Assembly (NCBI GenBank): GCA_964358555.1
Contig: CAYHQZ010000003.1
Location: 1 to 40,081, forward strand
Reading direction: 5' to 3'
DNA from: an uncultured Planctomycetia bacterium
GTDB lineage: Bacteria; Planctomycetota; CAYHQZ01
DNA length: 40,081 nt
Shown: positions 29,885-37,609 of the stretch, in pieces
How the letters are laid out: each line of letters opens with the position of its first letter
How positions within the stretch are numbered: the stretch's first letter is position 1
Notes under the pieces: model-generated
Database searches by the model: none
The model's input: only the letters and a program-made list of their open reading frames with translations
Told to the model about the DNA's origin: nothing
Position numbers and translations under genes: made by a program

Positions 29885-31126
29885 ATGGCCCGAATCCTCA
29901 TCGCCGACGCATCCGGTGAGCGGGCGATTGCGCTGCGCGCCCTGCTCGCCGCCGAGAACCACAAGGCAGCGGTCGTGGAATCCCCGGAATCCTTCGAGGC
30001 CGCGCTCAAGGACGGATCTCCCGACGTGGTCCTCCTCCTCGGGTCGTTCGGGGGCGACCCCGCCGCCGTGGAGCGGAAGGCGATCGAACTTGCTCCCCGC
30101 GCGACGATCCGTCGGATGAGCGCTGCCGCGGGCTCGCTTATCGAAGACCCGCTTGCGTCCGAGGAACTCGTCTCCGGGATGATCGACATCGTGGGTCTTT
30201 TCGCCTCCTGCGCGGGTCCCGAGCGTCGGGAAGGACCCTGGCCCGTCGGATTGCCCCGCCTGTCCGGCTATGCCCGGAAGGTCGCCGAGCGGATGGGGAT
30301 TCCGAAGCGGGCAAGCGACGAGGCCGCCCTCGCGGGGGCGCTCCTGTCCGCCTGCCGGGCCTGGGAGCGCCGCCTCGGCGCCGTCCGGCGCGAGGACGCC
30401 GACGCCTTCCAGAAGGCCTTCCTCGCCCGGGTCGGGGACCTTCGTCTTTCCCTCGGCGCCGCCGATCTCGTGAAGTCCGCCATGTCGGAAAAGCCCGACG
30501 GCATCGCCCCCGCGGCCCACGCCGTCCGCGCGGCCGACCGGTTCCTCCTGGAGGAGGCGCGCGGGTGGGGGGGCGATGAGATCCGCTTGAGCCTCCGGGA
30601 GCGCTCCGGGGTTTCGCTCGATCCGTTCGCCGCCGAGGCCCTGATCTCGATCCTCGTCGAGGAGAAGTTCATCCCGGCCGTGCCGGATCGAGGGGCGGTG
30701 ATTCTCGGGGAGACCTGCCCCGACCATGTCGCCCGGATCACCCTTCGTCTCCGGAACGACGGCTTCGCCGTCCGGGCCTTCTCCGACGGGGAAGCGCTCC
30801 TCGCCGCCGCCCGGGAGGCGGCCCCGAAGGCCATCGTCTGCGACGCGCGCCTCCCGAAGAAGGACGCCTTCGAGGTCCTCGTCGGCCTGCGCAAGGATCC
30901 GAAAGTCGAGGCCCCCTTCTTCATCCTTTCCAATCGCCTTGACGAATTCCTCAAGGGGAAGGCCAAGGCCCTCGGCGCCCGACGGGCCCTTTTGAAGCCC
31001 CTCGACCTCGTCGCGTTCGGCGCCGCGATTGACGAGGCCCTCGCGCCTACGTCCGCGGATTCGTCGCCGTCCGATGCCCAGAAGAAGGAGGGCGACAGCC
31101 TGGAGACGGAGTCGATCTCGATCTAG
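29885..31126 (+). CDS. Three-part response-regulator-like protein: N-terminal pseudo-receiver, a central strongly degenerate HD-GYP-like region, and a C-terminal receiver domain
   Basis: N-terminus: ARILIADAS ... PDVVLLLGSF, with Leu where the phospho-Asp is expected. Middle: YARKVAERMGIP ... GALLSACRAW ... AVRAADRFLLEEARGW ... SLDPFAAEAL. C-terminus: AIVCDARLPKKDAFEV ... FFILS ... LLKP, i.e. the receiver Asp, Ser/Thr and Lys are present. Confidence 0.7.
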   Translation: MARILIADASGERAIALRALLAAENHKAAVVESPESFEAALKDGSPDVVLLLGSFGGDPAAVERKAIELAPRATIRRMSAAAGSLIEDPLASEELVSGMIDIVGLFASCAGPERREGPWPVGLPRLSGYARKVAERMGIPKRASDEAALAGALLSACRAWERRLGAVRREDADAFQKAFLARVGDLRLSLGAADLVKSAMSEKPDGIAPAAHAVRAADRFLLEEARGWGGDEIRLSLRERSGVSLDPFAAEALISILVEEKFIPAVPDRGAVILGETCPDHVARITLRLRNDGFAVRAFSDGEALLAAAREAAPKAIVCDARLPKKDAFEVLVGLRKDPKVEAPFFILSNRLDEFLKGKAKALGARRALLKPLDLVAFGAAIDEALAPTSADSSPSDAQKKEGDSLETESISI

Positions 31127-31142
31127 TCGGGACGCCCGTCTG

Positions 31143-32372
31143 TCAGCGTCGGGACGCCTTCGGCCCCAGGCCCCTGCGTGCGCGCACCCGCAGGCGCAGC
31201 GCGAGCGTCCGGATGAAGCCCTCGGAATCCCTGGGCGTCGAGACGGACTCGGCCTCGAAGGAGGCCAACGCCGGATCGAAGAGGGACTTCGGGGCCTTGC
31301 GGGCGATGACGGCGCAGGACCCCTTGTAGAGGCGCACGCGCGCCGTTCCCGTGACGGCCTTCTGTATCTCGTCCACGGTCGTCTGGAGGATCTCCCGATC
31401 CGGGGAGTACCAGAAGCCATTGTAGACGAGGGCGCTATAGTCGGGGACGAGGCGGTCCTGAATCCTAAGGACCTCCCGATCGAGCGTCAGCGACTCGACG
31501 GCCCGATGGGCGGCGCGGAGGATCGTCCCGCCCGGCGTCTCGTAGACGCCCCGAACTTTCATTCCGACGAAGCGGCTTTCCACGAGGTCGGTCCGGCCCA
31601 CGCCGTGTCGCGCGCCCGCCTGGTTTAAGGCGTGGAGGAGCCGCGCGGGGGAGAGGTGCCGGCCGTCCACCGAGACGGGATTTCCCTCCTCGAACCCGAC
31701 GTCCAGCGTCTCGGCGCGATCCGGTGCGTCCTCGGGATCTGTCGTCCAGGCGAAGATGTCCTTCGGCGCCTCCGCCCACGGCTCCTCGAGGATCCCGCCC
31801 TCGTAGGAGATGTGAAGGAGGTTGCGGTCGCTTGAATAGGGCTTCGCGGCGGTCACGGGGACGGGGATCCTGCGCGCGGCGGCGTAGGCGATGAGATCGG
31901 ACCGGCCCCGCAGGTCCCATTCCCTCCAGGGGGCGATGATCCGGATCCCGGGCTCGAGGGCGTAGGCGGTCAGCTCGAATCGGACCTGGTCGTTGCCCTT
32001 GCCGGTCGAGCCGTGGGAGATGGCGTCGGCCTTCTCCTTGCGCGCGATCTCGACCTGGCGCTTCGCGATCAGGGGGCGCGCAATCGAGGTCCCGAGAAGA
32101 TACTGGCCTTCGTAAATGGCGTTCGCCCGGTAGGCCGGGAAGACGAAGTCCCGGACGAACTCCTCGCGCAGGTCCTCCACGTAGCACTTCGACGCGCCGG
32201 TCCGAAGCGCCTTCTTCCGGATCGCCTCCAAAGGCTCCTCTTGGCCGAGGTCGGCGACGAACGCGATCACCTCGGCGCCGTAGGTTTCCTTGAGCCACGG
32301 GATGATGACGGACGTGTCGAGCCCGCCGGAATAGGCGAGGACGACCTTGCGGATGCGCTTCTCGTTTTTCAT
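31143..32372 (-). CDS. argG: Argininosuccinate synthase
   Basis: ATG at 32372 gives [22 protein letters not shown] (ATP-binding motif), and later [13 protein letters not shown]. The upstream part of track ORF ..32546 runs into the tRNA-Tyr gene and is not coding. Confidence 0.9.
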   Translation of the reverse strand: MKNEKRIRKVVLAYSGGLDTSVIIPWLKETYGAEVIAFVADLGQEEPLEAIRKKALRTGASKCYVEDLREEFVRDFVFPAYRANAIYEGQYLLGTSIARPLIAKRQVEIARKEKADAISHGSTGKGNDQVRFELTAYALEPGIRIIAPWREWDLRGRSDLIAYAAARRIPVPVTAAKPYSSDRNLLHISYEGGILEEPWAEAPKDIFAWTTDPEDAPDRAETLDVGFEEGNPVSVDGRHLSPARLLHALNQAGARHGVGRTDLVESRFVGMKVRGVYETPGGTILRAAHRAVESLTLDREVLRIQDRLVPDYSALVYNGFWYSPDREILQTTVDEIQKAVTGTARVRLYKGSCAVIARKAPKSLFDPALASFEAESVSTPRDSEGFIRTLALRLRVRARRGLGPKASRR

Positions 32373-32469
32373 GGGAGGCGGAATCTTGCGGATCGCGGAC
32401 GGAAGCGTCAATCCTTGCGTGCGCTCGCCCCCGGCCGATGCCTGGGAACCGCGCGCGTCGTGAATCGCG

Positions 32470-32552
32470 TGGGCAGGGAGGGATTCGAACCCCCGAAGCG
32501 CGGACGCAGCGGGTTTACAGCCCGCCCCTTTTGGCCTCTCAGGCACCTGCCC
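32470..32552 (-). tRNA. tRNA-Tyr (anticodon GTA), class II with a long variable arm
   Basis: The minus strand reads GGGCAGG-TG-CCTGAGAGGCCAAAAGGG-GCGGG-CTGTAAA-CCCGC-(variable arm)-GGGGTTCGAATCCCTC-CCTGCCC-A. This is arm-for-arm parallel to E. coli tRNA-Tyr. No CCA is encoded. Confidence 0.9.
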
Positions 32553-32563
32553 AAACTTTTCCT

Positions 32564-32592
32564 AATATAAGAGTCCAAAGTCCAAAGTCCAA
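32564..32592 (-). promoter_or_regulatory. Sigma70-type promoter candidate for tRNA-Tyr
   Basis: On the minus strand: TTGGAC (32592-32587, inside the heptamer array), a 17-nt spacer, then TATATT (32569-32564). The -10 box ends 11 nt before the mature tRNA 5' end. Confidence 0.45.
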
Positions 32593-32613
32593 GGCCCAAG
32601 GTCCAAACGTCCA
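32572..32613 (-). repeat. Tandem heptamer array, 5 phased units plus 1 degenerate unit. The five phased units read on the minus strand: TTGGACC TTGGGCC TTGGACT TTGGACT TTGGACT.
   Basis: The plus strand reads AGTCCAA x3, GGCCCAA, GGTCCAA, then ACGTCCA. This is the same unit family (YTTRGAC) as 23072-23106. Confidence 0.85.
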
Positions 32614-32712
32614 GGATCTAAAGGGAGCGGGCGGAAGCCGTAAGGGCGAGATCGCAGATTCGGGACGCCGGATGTGCGCGGGGGCTACACAAAAAAAGTG
32701 CCGAATTCATCC

Positions 32713-32741
32713 TTGACACGACTTTCGGAGATTTGTAGCAT
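32713..32741 (+). promoter_or_regulatory. Sigma70-type promoter candidate for the tRNA-Thr/tuf transcription unit
   Basis: TTGACA (32713-32718), a 17-nt spacer, then TAGCAT (32736-32741), preceded by an A-tract (acaaaaaaag). Confidence 0.5.
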
Positions 32742-32841
32742 CCGACGCTCTTTAGATAGCCCTCCTGTCCACAGGGTCGGGACGGTCGCCTGGGTGTTCG
32801 GTTGCGCCAAGGGGATCGCCTTGTCCCTGAGACGGGGCTTC

Positions 32842-32913
32842 GCTGCCGTAGCTCAGGGGCAGAGCACCTCCTTGGTAAGGAGGAGGTCATGGGTTCAAAT
32901 CCCATCGGCAGCT
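32842..32913 (+). tRNA. tRNA-Thr (anticodon GGT)
   Basis: Cloverleaf by hand: acceptor GCTGCCG/CGGCAGC, D arm GCTC...GAGC, anticodon arm CCTCC-TTGGTAA-GGAGG, T arm ATGGG-TTCAAAT-CCCAT, discriminator T. Confidence 0.9.
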
Positions 32914-32963
32914 TTGTGTTGGGTGGTCCATCTGGAACTCGGCGTCAGAAAGGAGACTCGAAA

Positions 32964-34181
32964 GTGGCAAAGGACAAATTCGAACGCAAGAAGCCCCATG
33001 TGAATGTGGGCACGATCGGGCACGTCGATCACGGCAAGACCACCCTCACGTCGGTCATGACGGGCCTTCTGTCAAAGCGGGGCCTCGCGAAGGCGATATC
33101 CTATGACGAGGTGGCCAAGGCATCCGAGAAGGATGGCCGCCGAGATCCCACGAAGATCCTCACGATCCAGGTCGCCCATGTCGAGTACCAGACCGAAAAA
33201 CGGCACTACGCCCACATCGACTGCCCGGGTCACGCCGACTACATCAAGAACATGATTACGGGCGCGGCCCAGATGGACGGGGCAATCCTCGTGGTCTCCG
33301 CCGTTGACGGTGTCATGCCCCAGACGAAGGAACACGTCCTTCTTGCCCGGCAGGTCCAGGTGCCGGCGATGGTCGTTTTCCTCAACAAGATCGATCTCGT
33401 CGAGGACCAAGAACTCGTCGACCTCGTCGAGGAGGAAATCCGCGACCTCCTGAAGAAATACGATTTCCCGCGGGAAGAGACCCCGATCGTCCGGGGCTCC
33501 GCCCTCAAGGCCATCGAGTGCAGCTGCGCGAAGAGCGAGTGCCCGAACTGCGGGCCGATCTTCAAACTCCTCGACGCGGTGGATTCGCACATCCCGCTGC
33601 CCGCTCGCGATGTGGACAAGCCCTTCCTCATGCAGGTTGAGGACGTCTTCTCGATCGAGGGTCGTGGCACCGTGGCGACCGGGCGCGTCGAGCGCGGCCG
33701 GCTTACGCCGGGCTCCGACGTCGAGATCATCGGCTTCTCCAAGGAAACCAAGAAGACCGTCGCCGTGTCCATGGAGATGTTCAACAAGGAACTGGCCGAA
33801 GTGGTCGCCGGCGACAACGCCGGGATGCTCCTTCGGGGCACGAAGAAGGACGAGGTGGAGCGTGGGATGGTCATCGTGAAGCCCGGTTCCATGACCCCCC
33901 ACAAGAAATTCGAGGGCGAGGCCTACATTCTGTCGAAGGAGGAAGGCGGGCGTCACACCCCGTTCTTCTCGGGCTATCGGCCCCAATTCTACTTCCGCAC
34001 GACCGACGTTACCGGTCAGTGCACGCTTCCGCAGGGCGTCGAGATGGTCATGCCGGGGGACAACCTCCGGGTGGTCATCGAACTCGGCACCCCGATCGCG
34101 ATGGAGGAGAAGCTTCGCTTCGCCATCCGCGAGGGCGGCAAGACCGTCGGCCAGGGGGTCGTGACCAAGATTCTCGAATGA
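32964..34181 (+). CDS. tuf: Elongation factor Tu
   Basis: The GTG start has AAAGGAG upstream. Motifs seen: [31 protein letters not shown], and a C-terminus of the [23 protein letters not shown] type. The upstream part of the track ORF covers tRNA-Thr and is not coding. Confidence 0.95.
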   Translation: MAKDKFERKKPHVNVGTIGHVDHGKTTLTSVMTGLLSKRGLAKAISYDEVAKASEKDGRRDPTKILTIQVAHVEYQTEKRHYAHIDCPGHADYIKNMITGAAQMDGAILVVSAVDGVMPQTKEHVLLARQVQVPAMVVFLNKIDLVEDQELVDLVEEEIRDLLKKYDFPREETPIVRGSALKAIECSCAKSECPNCGPIFKLLDAVDSHIPLPARDVDKPFLMQVEDVFSIEGRGTVATGRVERGRLTPGSDVEIIGFSKETKKTVAVSMEMFNKELAEVVAGDNAGMLLRGTKKDEVERGMVIVKPGSMTPHKKFEGEAYILSKEEGGRHTPFFSGYRPQFYFRTTDVTGQCTLPQGVEMVMPGDNLRVVIELGTPIAMEEKLRFAIREGGKTVGQGVVTKILE

Positions 34182-34207
34182 TTCAACGTTGAACAAGGGA
34201 GACGGCA

Positions 34208-34375
34208 ATGGCAAAGAAGGGCGGTCGGGAGTGGGTCTTCATGGAGTGCCCGGATTGCTCGAGGCGCAACTATCGGACTTGCCGCAGCGCCCGGGGCGAC
34301 GCCAAGAAGCTCCAACTCAGGAAGTACTGCCGCTGGTGCCGGAAGCCTACCCTCCACAAAGAGAAGAAAAAATAG
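34208..34375 (+). CDS. rpmG: 50S ribosomal protein L33
   Basis: This 55-codon ORF is not in the supplied track (it is too short): MAKKGGREWVFMECPDCSRRNYRTCRSARGDAKKLQLRKYCRWCRKPTLHKEKKK. It has a Cys4 zinc ribbon and KYC..C.K.T.HKE typical of L33. GGGAGA lies upstream. The tuf-rpmG-tRNA-Trp-secE order is classical. Confidence 0.85.
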   Translation: MAKKGGREWVFMECPDCSRRNYRTCRSARGDAKKLQLRKYCRWCRKPTLHKEKKK

Positions 34376-34391
34376 GACAATGAGGATGTAC

Positions 34392-34465
34392 GGGTCAGTA
34401 GCTCCAATTGGCAGAGCGCCGGTCTCCAAATCCGGTGGTTGGGGGTTCAAGTCCCTCCTGGCCCG
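34392..34465 (+). tRNA. tRNA-Trp (anticodon CCA)
   Basis: Acceptor GGGTCAG/CTGGCCC (one G-U pair), D arm GCTC...GAGC, anticodon loop CTCCAAA, T arm GGGGG-TTCAAGT-CCCTC. It closely parallels E. coli tRNA-Trp. Confidence 0.9.
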
Positions 34466-34486
34466 CAGGGTCCGGGGAGGGCCGCG

Positions 34487-34882
34487 ATGAGCCTCGCCTA
34501 CTACAAGCGGGGACAGGGGAACCGGGTCCGTTACTCCGTCATCGCCCTTTTCCAACTCGTCCTGCTGATTGCCGTCTATCAGTTCCATCAGGCGGTTTTC
34601 TTCCGCCTTCCAACGAGCTGGCGGGAGTTGCGGCTGAACATCGTCCTGGCCGCCGTCCTCTGGGCGCTCGGAACGATCGTCGGGTATCTGTTCCTGAATC
34701 GTCCCAGGACCGCAGACTTCCTTGTGGAGGTGGACCTGGAGCTCAACAAGGTGACCTGGGCCAGCCGTCGGGAGGTCTTGGACGCCTCCGGCGTCGTGCT
34801 CGTGACCCTCATCTCCCTCACCGTCGTGATTTCCATCGCCGATTTCCTCCTGGGCTATGCGGCCGATGCGATCGCTCCATGA
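34487..34882 (+). CDS. secE: Preprotein translocase subunit SecE
   Basis: ATG 34487 lies just after tRNA-Trp. There are three hydrophobic segments and the conserved FLVEVDLELNKVTWASRRE motif. The stop overlaps the nusG ATG. Confidence 0.75.
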   Translation: MSLAYYKRGQGNRVRYSVIALFQLVLLIAVYQFHQAVFFRLPTSWRELRLNIVLAAVLWALGTIVGYLFLNRPRTADFLVEVDLELNKVTWASRREVLDASGVVLVTLISLTVVISIADFLLGYAADAIAP

Positions 34883-35424
34883 CCACCACCACGGCGGCCA
34901 AGAAGTGGTATGTCCTCAAGGTCCAGTCCAGCCGAGAGGACGCGATTCGGAAGGCCCTTGTCCTGCGGATCAAGTCCTCCGGACTCGAGGAATCCTTCGG
35001 GCAAATTTCGATTCCGAGCGAAAGCGTTTCCGAGATCAAGCAGGGGCAGAAGCGGATCACGGAGCGGAAGACCTATCCCGGCTACATCATCGTGGAGATG
35101 GCGTTGAGCGAGGACTCGATGTCCCTCGTTCGCGAGACGCCGGGCGTCGGTGACTTCGTCGGTCCCCGGACGAAGCCGACCCCGCTGTTGGAGAGAGAGG
35201 TCGAGAAGCTGAAGGGGGATATGGAGCGTCCGAAGGAGGCGCCGAGGCTGCGCATCTCCTTCAAGAAGGGCGACAGCGTGAAAATCAAGGACGGCCCGTT
35301 CGAGAACTTCGAGGGGATCCTCGACGAGGTTTTCGAGCAGAAGGGCATTGTTCGCGTCATCGTGACGATTTTCGGGCGTCCGACGCCCGTGGAACTCGAA
35401 TACTGGCAGGTTGAGCCGATGTGA
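34879..35424 (+). CDS. nusG: Transcription termination/antitermination factor NusG
   Basis: The NGN domain begins [14 protein letters not shown] ... YPGYIIVEM, and the C-terminal KOW is [18 protein letters not shown]. The ATGA overlaps secE. Confidence 0.9.
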   Translation: MTTTTAAKKWYVLKVQSSREDAIRKALVLRIKSSGLEESFGQISIPSESVSEIKQGQKRITERKTYPGYIIVEMALSEDSMSLVRETPGVGDFVGPRTKPTPLLEREVEKLKGDMERPKEAPRLRISFKKGDSVKIKDGPFENFEGILDEVFEQKGIVRVIVTIFGRPTPVELEYWQVEPM

Positions 35425-35431
35425 GGAGCCG

Positions 35432-35857
35432 ATGGCAAAAGAAATCATGACGAAGGTGAAGTTGCAGGTGCCCGGGGGGCAGGCCACCCCGGCGCCGCCC
35501 GTGGGTCCCGCTCTCGGCCAGCACGGCGTGAACATCGGCGAGTTCGTTTCAAAGTTCAACGCCAAGACCAAGGATGCCGCGGGGATGATCATCCCCGTCG
35601 AGATCACCATTTTCAAGGACCGTACGTTCGAGTTCATCATGAAATCCTCGCCTGCGGCCGTCCTCCTGAAGCGCGCGGCCGGGATCGCGAAGGGGTCGGG
35701 CACTCCGAACAAGGAAAAGGTCGGGGTCGTTACCGTCCAGCAACTCGAGGAAATCGCGAAGACCAAGGTCAAGGATCTCAATGCCCGCGATCTCGCGCAC
35801 GCGGTCCGCATCATCGCTGGAACGGCGCGATCGATGGGCATCGAGGTGAAGGGGTAG
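35432..35857 (+). CDS. rplK: 50S ribosomal protein L11
   Basis: The sequence [26 protein letters not shown] is diagnostic. Confidence 0.95.
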   Translation: MAKEIMTKVKLQVPGGQATPAPPVGPALGQHGVNIGEFVSKFNAKTKDAAGMIIPVEITIFKDRTFEFIMKSSPAAVLLKRAAGIAKGSGTPNKEKVGVVTVQQLEEIAKTKVKDLNARDLAHAVRIIAGTARSMGIEVKG

Positions 35858-35859
35858 CC

Positions 35860-36552
35860 ATGCGAATCAGAGGCAAGCGATACCGGCAGGCCGTGGCGGC
35901 CGTCGCCGCAAAGCGCTACGGGCTGGAGGAGGGGATTCACCTCCTGAAGACGCTTCCCAAGGTGAAGTTCGACGAGACCGTGACGATTTCCATCCGCCTC
36001 GGGATCGATCCGAAGAAGACGGAGCAGGCGGTCCGGGGGGCGGCTGTGCTTCCGAAGGGGACCGGGAAGTCGGTCCGGATCCTTGTCTTCGCCGAGGGCG
36101 AGAAGGCCAAGGAGGCGGAGACCGCGGGCGCGGCGATCGTTGGCGGCAAGGAGCTTGTGGACAAGGTCAGCAAGGGGTTTCTCGACTTCGACGTCGCCCT
36201 CGCCCACGTCGGGATGATGCGCGACGTCGGCAAACTCGGGCGCGTTCTCGGGCCCAAGGGGCTCATGCCGTCCCCGAAATCCGGGACTGTGACCGAGGAC
36301 ATCGCCCGGGCCGTCCAGGAGTTCAAGGCAGGCAAGGTTGAGTTCCGGAGCGACGCGGGCGGCAACGTCCATGTCCGGGTCGGGAAGCTCTCCTTTGCCG
36401 AAGAGGACCTTCGGACGAATATCCACACGTTCATCGAGCACTTGGCGGCGCTTCGCCCGCCGACCGCAAAGGGCGTTTTCATCCAGAGCGTCGTGCTCCA
36501 GTCGTCCATGAGCCCGGGAATCCCGCTCGCGATCACCGCGGGCGCGGCATGA
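35860..36552 (+). CDS. rplA: 50S ribosomal protein L1
   Basis: Motifs seen: FDETV ... LGIDPKK ... VRGAAVLPKGTGKSVR ... LGPKGLMPSPKSGTV. Confidence 0.95.
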   Translation: MRIRGKRYRQAVAAVAAKRYGLEEGIHLLKTLPKVKFDETVTISIRLGIDPKKTEQAVRGAAVLPKGTGKSVRILVFAEGEKAKEAETAGAAIVGGKELVDKVSKGFLDFDVALAHVGMMRDVGKLGRVLGPKGLMPSPKSGTVTEDIARAVQEFKAGKVEFRSDAGGNVHVRVGKLSFAEEDLRTNIHTFIEHLAALRPPTAKGVFIQSVVLQSSMSPGIPLAITAGAA

Positions 36553-36562
36553 GGAACGACGC

Positions 36563-37153
36563 ATGGCACATCCCCTGAAGGAAATGATGGTCGACGAGAT
36601 GGCCCGCAAACTCCAGGGTCTCCAGTCCTGCGTTGCCCTCGACATCCGGGGCATCCGTTCGCTGGAGGCGGCAGATCTCCGGAAGGCCCTGCGGGAGCGG
36701 AAGATGGCGTTCTGGGTCGTGAAGAACTCCCTCGTGCGGATCGCGCTGAAAAAGGCCGGGGCCGAAGGCCTCGCGCCTCTCGTCGACGGCCCGACGGCTC
36801 TCATTCTCGGCCGCGACGACCCCGGCGAGATGAGCCGAGTCGTCGTGGAATGGTGGAAGAAGAAGAAGAAGGTCCAGCCGCGCGGTGCCTATGTGGAGGG
36901 CCGCCTGTTCCCGGCGGATGCGATCCCTGCTCTTGCTGGCCTGCCGACGAAGCCAGTCATGCTCTCGCGGGTGGCCGGCTGCTTTCAGGCGCCCCTGGTC
37001 TCCCTCGCGGGCCTGTTCCAGGCCCACGCGCGGAAGATCCTGGGGCTTATGAAGGCGTATCAGGAAAAACTACAAAACGCCGGCTCCGGGGCGGGGGCGG
37101 TCGCCCCGGCGGCGGCATCCGAGGAATCTCCCGCCCAGAAACCGCCGGCCTGA
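36563..37153 (+). CDS. rplJ: 50S ribosomal protein L10
   Basis: The position between rplA and rplL fits. An L10-like N-terminal region is present (LRKALRE ... VVKNSL), with an Ala/Pro-rich C-terminal tail. Confidence 0.9.
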   Translation: MAHPLKEMMVDEMARKLQGLQSCVALDIRGIRSLEAADLRKALRERKMAFWVVKNSLVRIALKKAGAEGLAPLVDGPTALILGRDDPGEMSRVVVEWWKKKKKVQPRGAYVEGRLFPADAIPALAGLPTKPVMLSRVAGCFQAPLVSLAGLFQAHARKILGLMKAYQEKLQNAGSGAGAVAPAAASEESPAQKPPA

Positions 37154-37181
37154 TCCCGATAAGGAAACAAAGGAGGAACCG

Positions 37182-37571
37182 ATGGCGTCCGAAAAAATCG
37201 CGCAGGTCCTGGAGCAGCTCAGCAGCTTCACGCTGATGGACCTGTCGGAGTTCGTTTCTGAGTTCGAGAAGAAGTTCAACGTCACCGCGGCGGCACCCGT
37301 CGCCGTGGCGATGCCGGGCGCGGGGTCCGCGGCGGCCCCGGCGGAGGAGAAGGTCGAAAAGACGACCTTCGCGGTCCATCTTGCGGAGGTCGGTCCGAAC
37401 AAGATCAGCGTGATCAAGGTGATCCGCGCCCATACGAGCCTCGGCCTGAAGGAAGCGAAAGCCCTCGTCGATGCCGGCAAGGGAGACGTGAAGGAAGGCA
37501 TCCTGAAGGACGAGGCGGAGAAGATCAAAAAGGAACTGGAGGAGGCCGGCGCCAAGGCGGAGCTGAAGTAA
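37182..37571 (+). CDS. rplL: 50S ribosomal protein L7/L12
   Basis: An N-terminal dimerisation helix, an Ala-rich hinge, and the C-terminal domain [24 protein letters not shown] ... are present. Confidence 0.95.
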   Translation: MASEKIAQVLEQLSSFTLMDLSEFVSEFEKKFNVTAAAPVAVAMPGAGSAAAPAEEKVEKTTFAVHLAEVGPNKISVIKVIRAHTSLGLKEAKALVDAGKGDVKEGILKDEAEKIKKELEEAGAKAELK

Positions 37572-37609
37572 GTCCCGCTGCCCCCATCTTCTCCCGAAGG
37601 AGGAGCCTT

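Noticed and set aside
31126-31158. An 11-nt direct repeat, GTCGGGACGCC, at 31126 and 31148, flanking the convergent junction between the REC gene and argG.
   Set aside because: The second copy lies inside the argG coding sequence, and there is no associated hairpin or mobile-element feature. It is probably coincidental.
28139-31420. A 1093-aa ORF on the minus strand spanning the HD-GYP gene, the REC gene and the end of argG. This is the longest ORF in the window.
   Set aside because: Its codon triplets are exactly aligned with the plus-strand genes: the minus-strand triplets and the genes at 28397 and 29885 all start at positions congruent to 2 mod 3. Its first codon positions therefore face G/C-rich third positions, and stops are suppressed. 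The product is Arg/Pro/Gly/Asp/Glu-rich low-complexity sequence, whereas the plus strand carries recognisable HD-GYP and receiver motifs. It is a classic shadow ORF.
32408-32905. Small minus-strand ORFs (32408-32599 and 32618-32905) and plus-strand ORFs (32438-32716 and 32674-33003) around the tRNA genes.
   Set aside because: They read through the tRNA-Tyr or tRNA-Thr sequence. An example is MGFEPMTSS..., the typical antisense translation of a tRNA T-arm. They also cross promoter spacers, and have no Shine-Dalgarno sequence or coding bias.
31143-34465. The possibility that the three tRNA genes mark an integrated island or mobile element.
   Set aside because: There is no integrase, no direct repeat of a tRNA 3' end, and no compositional break. 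The flanking genes (argG, tuf, rpmG, secE) are core genes in a classical arrangement.
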